Positions 25,300-29,917 of a DNA stretch of 29,917 bases are shown in pieces. How positions within the stretch are numbered: the first letter of the stretch is position 1; the number at the start of each line of letters is the position of its first letter. A program made the translations under genes and the position numbers. Location: the IMG/VR virus record IMGVR_UViG_3300011116_000489, positions 1 to 29,917 of that record; one strand, written 5' to 3'. The notes beneath the pieces were generated by a model that saw nothing but the letters and a program-made list of their open reading frames with translations, made no database searches and was not told where the DNA came from. The stretch comes from a virus. Its lineage: Duplodnaviria > Caudoviricetes.

Positions 25300-26979
25300 A
25301 TGAGTGGCATTTTGCACATGCTGCTTGGACAAGTGACGAGCGCAGGATACGTTGTCATTGAGCGATTCCTTGCCTCTGGCACTTGGACTGCCCCAACCGG
25401 CGTTACTGCGACGGATTACCTTGTAGTCGCGGGTGGCGGCGGGGGTGGTGGTGGAAATTATCATGGTGGTGGCGGTGGCGCGGGTGGATTCCGCACAGGC
25501 ACAGCGTTATCTGTAACTGCCGGAACTGATTACACTGTTACTGTTGGCGCAGGCGGAAATGGCGGTGTTGCAGCAGCAAATGGCTCTGCTGGAAGCAACT
25601 CCATTTTTAGCACCATTACTTCAGCGGGCGGCGGATATGGCGCGTTTTCTTCGGGCGGTAATGGCGGAACAAATGGTGGCAACGGCGGCTCTGGCGGCGG
25701 TGGTTGCGGCGCATCATTAGGGTCAACATCAAGTTCTGGAGGAACAGGCAATACGCCATCAGTATCGCCATCGCAAGGTAATAATGGAGGTGGCGTTTCT
25801 ACATTTGCCCTTCCATATACGGGCGGCGGTGGTGGTGGAGCAGGTGCAACTGGTTCCGCAGGAGGAACCGGCACAAGTTCTGGCGGCGGCGGCAATGGAA
25901 CAGCGTCTACTATTAGCGGCAGCAGCGTAACGTATGGCGGCGGCGGCGGCGGCGCACAATTTAGAAATGGAAACACAACTGGCGGTGGCGCTGGTGGTTC
26001 TGGCGGCGGCGGCACGGGCGGTTCATATAATGACGGATCATCTGTTCCTGCAACGCCAACCTCACAACCTGTTGTGCCAACTAACGGAACGGCCAACACC
26101 GGCGGTGGCGGCGGCGGTGCAGAACGCAACGGCTCTGCAACAGGCGGAGCGGGCGGCTCCGGCATCGTCATCCTGTCCTACACAATGGCCTCTGGCACGC
26201 CGATCATTTTCAAATCCACGGCATCGTGGACTGCCCCAACTGGCGCAACGACGGTTGATTATTTGGTTGTAGCCGGTGGTGGGGGCGGTGGCGCACAAAA
26301 CACAACCGCTGGATCGGGCGGCGGCGGCGCTGGCGGTTTTAGAACAGGCACGGCTTTTTCTATAACAGCCGGAACCGAGTACACAATTACTGTTGGCGCG
26401 GGCGGGGCTGGAACTTCATTACCCGGTGGAAATGGCAGTAATTCTGTTTTTAGCACTATTACTGCGACTGGTGGCGGTGGCGGTGGATATTTTCCAAACG
26501 TTGCAGGATCAAACGGCGGTTCTGGCGGCGGCGGCGGAAGTGTCGCTTCTGGCGGCACAGGAAACACACCTGCAACTACTCCATCCCAAGGAAGCAATGG
26601 AGGCGCAGGCGGAGCGTCTGGCGGAGGCACTCACGCAGGAGGCGGTGGCGGTGCAAGCGCAACCGGAAGCCCATATCGCAGTTCGTCACCTTACGGTGGC
26701 GGTAATGGCGGCGATGGAACTGCCTCTACTCTTTCCGGCAGCAGCGTAACGTATGCGGGCGGTGGTGGCGGTGGCGGCGGCGGCAACTCTACTGCTTCAA
26801 CCGGAGGTTCTGGCGGCGGCGGAGCCGGTGGGTCTGCAACTGCGCCCGGCACTGGCACGGCTGGAACTGCCAACACAGGAGGTGGCGGCGGTGGCGCAGG
26901 ATTTGGCGGTGTTTCTCCTCCCGCTGTAGTAAACGGCGGCGCTGGCGGTTCCGGCATCGTGATTTTGAAGGTGAACTAA
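25300..26979 (+). CDS. glycine-rich virion protein with two tandem Gly-rich domains
   Basis: Two copies of WTAPTG...DYLVVAGGGGGG...GGGGAGGFRTGT...ANTGGGGGG...GGSGIVIL. Confidence 0.8.
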   Translation: MSGILHMLLGQVTSAGYVVIERFLASGTWTAPTGVTATDYLVVAGGGGGGGGNYHGGGGGAGGFRTGTALSVTAGTDYTVTVGAGGNGGVAAANGSAGSNSIFSTITSAGGGYGAFSSGGNGGTNGGNGGSGGGGCGASLGSTSSSGGTGNTPSVSPSQGNNGGGVSTFALPYTGGGGGGAGATGSAGGTGTSSGGGGNGTASTISGSSVTYGGGGGGAQFRNGNTTGGGAGGSGGGGTGGSYNDGSSVPATPTSQPVVPTNGTANTGGGGGGAERNGSATGGAGGSGIVILSYTMASGTPIIFKSTASWTAPTGATTVDYLVVAGGGGGGAQNTTAGSGGGGAGGFRTGTAFSITAGTEYTITVGAGGAGTSLPGGNGSNSVFSTITATGGGGGGYFPNVAGSNGGSGGGGGSVASGGTGNTPATTPSQGSNGGAGGASGGGTHAGGGGGASATGSPYRSSSPYGGGNGGDGTASTLSGSSVTYAGGGGGGGGGNSTASTGGSGGGGAGGSATAPGTGTAGTANTGGGGGGAGFGGVSPPAVVNGGAGGSGIVILKVN

Positions 26980-27233
26980 TGAAGGCTTATCAACTTGTAG
27001 GCATTAATGTCGCTATGCACTTGCTGCGACCGGGCGCAAAGTGGGAATTTACAGGCGGCGCGGGATTTACCCGCTGGGAAGATCCTCGACCGCAGCCGTC
27101 GATTGACGAAGTGTTTGATGTGATTGAAAGATTGAAGGCCTTTGAAGACAGCATCAACACGATTCTGCTGCCCGAACAAAAGGCCGAGATGGAAGCGCAG
27201 TTAGCCGACATTGAACAGGCGTACAACTCTTGA
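26979..27233 (+). CDS. small fibre-associated protein (XkdW-like)
   Basis: A-x3-LRPGAKW...W...PQPS pattern; TAATG coupling. Confidence 0.55.
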   Translation: MKAYQLVGINVAMHLLRPGAKWEFTGGAGFTRWEDPRPQPSIDEVFDVIERLKAFEDSINTILLPEQKAEMEAQLADIEQAYNS

Positions 27234-27832
27234 ACCTACACGGCATATTTCCGACACCTGTTGCCAAGTTTGTGCTTGGGCGCGACTTTACGGCTGACGA
27301 ACAAGCGTTTGTCGCCGCGCAGCCAACGCACAAAAACATGGGCAACACGACGAGCGACGACCGTTATGTGCTGCGGCACGACACGTTGGCCGGCCTTATG
27401 ACGTTTGTGCAAGCGTCCGTGGATGAGTACGTCAAAGCGATTTATGCGCCCAAAGAGGCCGTATCGCTGCGCGTGACGCAATCGTGGCTCAACTACACGA
27501 AGCCCGGTGAGTTTCACCACAAACACGCGCACCCCAATAGCCTTGTGAGCGGCGTGCTGTACATGAAAGCCGCGAAGGAACGCGACCGCATTTACTTTTA
27601 CCGCGACGGTTATCAGCAGATCAAACTGACTACCGATAACTGGAACTTGTACAACTCCGAATCGTGGTGGTTTGAGGCGGCAACCGGCGAGATGCTGTTG
27701 TTCCCGTCGAGCCTTACGCACATGGTTGAAACCGTGCAGGGCGACGAACGCATTAGCCTCGCGTTTAACACTTTTCCCGTTGGATTAGCCGGTAGCGAAG
27801 AATCGCTGACCGCATTGCATTTGAGGGACTGA
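27230..27832 (+). CDS. 2OG-Fe(II) oxygenase (TIGR02466-like)
   Basis: IFPTPV; SWLN...HxHPNS-x2-SGVLY; LLFPS-x-L-x-H-x-V; RISLAFN. Confidence 0.88.
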   Translation: MNLHGIFPTPVAKFVLGRDFTADEQAFVAAQPTHKNMGNTTSDDRYVLRHDTLAGLMTFVQASVDEYVKAIYAPKEAVSLRVTQSWLNYTKPGEFHHKHAHPNSLVSGVLYMKAAKERDRIYFYRDGYQQIKLTTDNWNLYNSESWWFEAATGEMLLFPSSLTHMVETVQGDERISLAFNTFPVGLAGSEESLTALHLRD

Positions 27833-27833
27833 C

Positions 27834-28205
27834 ATGGCGCACTTTGCAGAATTAGACGACAACAACATCGTCAAACGAGTCATCGTGGTGGCAACCAAAG
27901 ACAACTCCGACGCAAACGGCGTGGAAAAGGAAAGCATTGGCCGTGCGTTCTGCGAGCGGCTCTTTGGCGGCAACTGGGTGCAAACGTCCTACAACGGCAA
28001 CATCCGTAAGCGTTACGCCGGTATCGGCTACAAGTACGATGCCGCGCTAGATGCGTTCATTGCGCCGCAGCCTTATCCGTCATGGACGTTGGATGCCAAT
28101 ACCGATTGGCAAGCCCCTGTGCCGATGCCGACCGATGACAAAATGTATTCGTGGGATGAAGCCACACAATCATGGAATGAAGTCACAATGGGGACTGCTG
28201 CCTAA
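27834..28205 (+). CDS. fibre-associated protein
   Basis: MAHFAELD...WVQTSYN...YAGIGY-x-YD...F-x2-PQPYPSW...WDE; GAGG RBS. Confidence 0.7.
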   Translation: MAHFAELDDNNIVKRVIVVATKDNSDANGVEKESIGRAFCERLFGGNWVQTSYNGNIRKRYAGIGYKYDAALDAFIAPQPYPSWTLDANTDWQAPVPMPTDDKMYSWDEATQSWNEVTMGTAA

Positions 28206-28207
28206 CA

Positions 28208-28588
28208 ATGTTTGGCCTAGTCCCATTTTGCGTACTGCCGTTTGCGGATGACTCGGTTGGGGCTGCACCGCCCCCGCCGGTTGTCCTCATTGACACGCAC
28301 GATGGCGACAAGCGCAAGCACAAGCGGTTTGACGAAGAAGCCAAGAAACGCGCCGAACGCCGCAAGGAAATTATTGCGGCCTACGAAGAACTGGTTGAAG
28401 GCAAGCCCCGCATCGCGCAGGAAATCGTTGCGCCGTTTGTGGAGGTGGACGTTGAAACCACCGCCGAAGCCATCCCGGTTGCCCGCATTGACTTTGACGC
28501 GCTGCTAAACGATGTCGCCCGTATGGAGCGACTGTATCGGGAATTGCAGGAATTGGACGACGAGGAAGCCTTACTGTTACTGCTATGA
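28208..28588 (+). CDS. hypothetical virion-module protein
   Basis: 126 aa; MFG-x2-PF-x3-PFA start, DDEEALLLLL end. Confidence 0.7.
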   Translation: MFGLVPFCVLPFADDSVGAAPPPPVVLIDTHDGDKRKHKRFDEEAKKRAERRKEIIAAYEELVEGKPRIAQEIVAPFVEVDVETTAEAIPVARIDFDALLNDVARMERLYRELQELDDEEALLLLL

Positions 28589-28935
28589 AACGACGATACA
28601 TCCAAGACGAAAACGGCAATTTTGTTGAGGTTGCCAAGGACAAAAAGGGAACATGGCATTACGTCATGCCCGACATCCAGCCGTATAAATCCATGATTGA
28701 CGGCCGGATGATTACTAGCCGTTCTGAGCATCGGGCGCATCTCAAGGCTCACGGCTGCATAGAAGTGGGCAACGAAGACCCCCTAAAACACGCTCCGAAG
28801 ACCGTAGAGCAGAAAAGCAAGCGAGTGGATGTGCTACGCCACCAACTCGCCAGCATGACCCATAAGGACGCTAATCGCCTCCTGTCGCGTTTACGCGATG
28901 AAATCCGATTTACCCATGATCCCCACAGGAGATAA
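28585..28935 (+). CDS. hypothetical head-module protein
   Basis: ATGA overlap; PDIQPYKSMIDG...SRS-x-HR-x-HLK...EVGNE. Confidence 0.7.
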   Translation: MKRRYIQDENGNFVEVAKDKKGTWHYVMPDIQPYKSMIDGRMITSRSEHRAHLKAHGCIEVGNEDPLKHAPKTVEQKSKRVDVLRHQLASMTHKDANRLLSRLRDEIRFTHDPHRR

Positions 28936-28938
28936 GTA

Positions 28939-29917
28939 ATGGATACCCAAGCCCCCGTTGAAACCGCCGCAGAGGAGCCAGTAGACCGTAAAAGTCTGCT
29001 AGCCGAGCAGTTTGAGGCGGCAGAAACGGAAGCCCCCACAGGGCGCGACGAGGCAGGACGATTTGCCAAGACGACAAAGGCCGAGGAACCTGCGCCGGAA
29101 CCCGTAGAGGAACCGGTTTGGAAGCGTCCCCCGGCATCGTGGAAAAAGGAATACCACGAGGCGTGGCAAAAGGCTGACCCGCGCATCCAAGAGTATGCGT
29201 GGCAGCGCGAAGAACAGATGCGTAAGGGCATTGAGCCGCTGCTTTCCAAAAAGCAGTTTGCCGATGCAATGGAACAGGCCATTGAGCCATACCGCCAGAC
29301 CATTACCGGCCTCGGTTTGAAGCCCGAGCAGGCGGTTGCGGCCCTTATGAAGGCCGATTATACCCTTCGCACAAGCGATCCGCAGGCCCGCGCACAGTAT
29401 TTCGCGCAATTAGCGCAGGAATACGGCATTGACCTCTCGGGGATGGGCGCAAGCCAAGCCTATGCCCCGCAAAACGCTGCCGACCCCCTGTTGTTTGCCC
29501 TTAAAAACGAACTAGCCAGCGTGAAGGGCGAAGTGCTGACTTGGAAACAGCAGCAGGAAGCCATGGAACAGGCAAAAATGGCTAATGAAATTGACTCGTT
29601 CTCACAAAAGGCCGAGTACTTTGAGGAAGCGCGTCCGACAATGATCCAACTGCTCCAATCGGGCATGGCGGAGACATTGGAAGATGCTTATGATAAAGCG
29701 TTACGTTTAGATTCCGAATTGTCTGAAAAAATCCAGCAAAGCCGACAAGCCGAACTGGAAAGAAAGCAGGCAGCGGAAAAAAACCGAGCAGCGAAAGCGG
29801 CTCGGGCTGCTGCGGTCAGCGTCAGAAGTGCCACACCCGGCGCGAACACGGCTCCCAAAGCGCAAAGTCGCCGTGCATTGCTTGAAGAATCGTTCAACGA
29901 GCAAGAATCACGGTTTT
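28939..29917 (+). CDS. capsid scaffolding protein (putative), 3'-truncated; not in the ORF track
   Basis: AGGAGA RBS, ATG 28939, frame open to the window end; acidic/Pro N-terminus with RDEAGRF, PPASWKKE, long helices, end RRALLEESF. Confidence 0.75.
   Translation, partial: MDTQAPVETAAEEPVDRKSLLAEQFEAAETEAPTGRDEAGRFAKTTKAEEPAPEPVEEPVWKRPPASWKKEYHEAWQKADPRIQEYAWQREEQMRKGIEPLLSKKQFADAMEQAIEPYRQTITGLGLKPEQAVAALMKADYTLRTSDPQARAQYFAQLAQEYGIDLSGMGASQAYAPQNAADPLLFALKNELASVKGEVLTWKQQQEAMEQAKMANEIDSFSQKAEYFEEARPTMIQLLQSGMAETLEDAYDKALRLDSELSEKIQQSRQAELERKQAAEKNRAAKAARAAAVSVRSATPGANTAPKAQSRRALLEESFNEQESRF

Noticed and set aside
25530-26957. Long Pro-rich minus-strand ORFs
   Set aside because: Antisense shadows of the Gly-rich gene
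22333-26979. Diversity-generating retroelement target/template pair
   Set aside because: No reverse transcriptase, and the repeats do not show adenine-specific differences
1-29917. Stop-codon reassignment, CRISPR array, integrase/att site
   Set aside because: Genes tile tightly under the standard code with TAA, TAG and TGA all used as stops; no repeat-spacer array or recombinase motif seen

Overview
About 30 kb of a tailed dsDNA phage with a P22-like (podovirus-type) layout, probably from a proteobacterial host (sigma70 promoters, an IHF site). The order is: end of a tail gene, GNAT gene, four putative ejection/internal virion genes, tail fibre with S74 chaperone, lysis region (three TM/coiled-coil genes, holin, M15 endolysin), metallophosphoesterase and GATase-like accessory genes; a leftward early operon (ERF, SSB-like, NinB, DUF1364); divergent promoters and a Cro-like gene; a ~400-nt highly structured interval; a short replication-type protein; VRR-NUC nuclease; a ferritin-like gene; two tandem ADP-ribosyltransferase-like genes; terS, terL, portal; a fibre/Gly-rich/2OG-oxygenase cluster; and a scaffold gene running off the end. 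No integrase, CI, polymerase, helicase, tRNA or CRISPR array was seen. Two features stand out. (1) A candidate RNA-based replication control unit at 13856-14245: a ~78-nt antisense RNA with its own promoter and terminator, plus a ~290-nt multi-stem sense RNA that can alternately expose or bury the start codon of a rep gene apparently lacking its N-terminal DNA-binding domain. (2) Tandem ART-like effectors, one carrying a duplicated leader from a small neighbouring gene, and a short LA[EQ]x[LMF] helix shared with the ejection and scaffold proteins. All family calls come from motif recognition by eye, not database searches.
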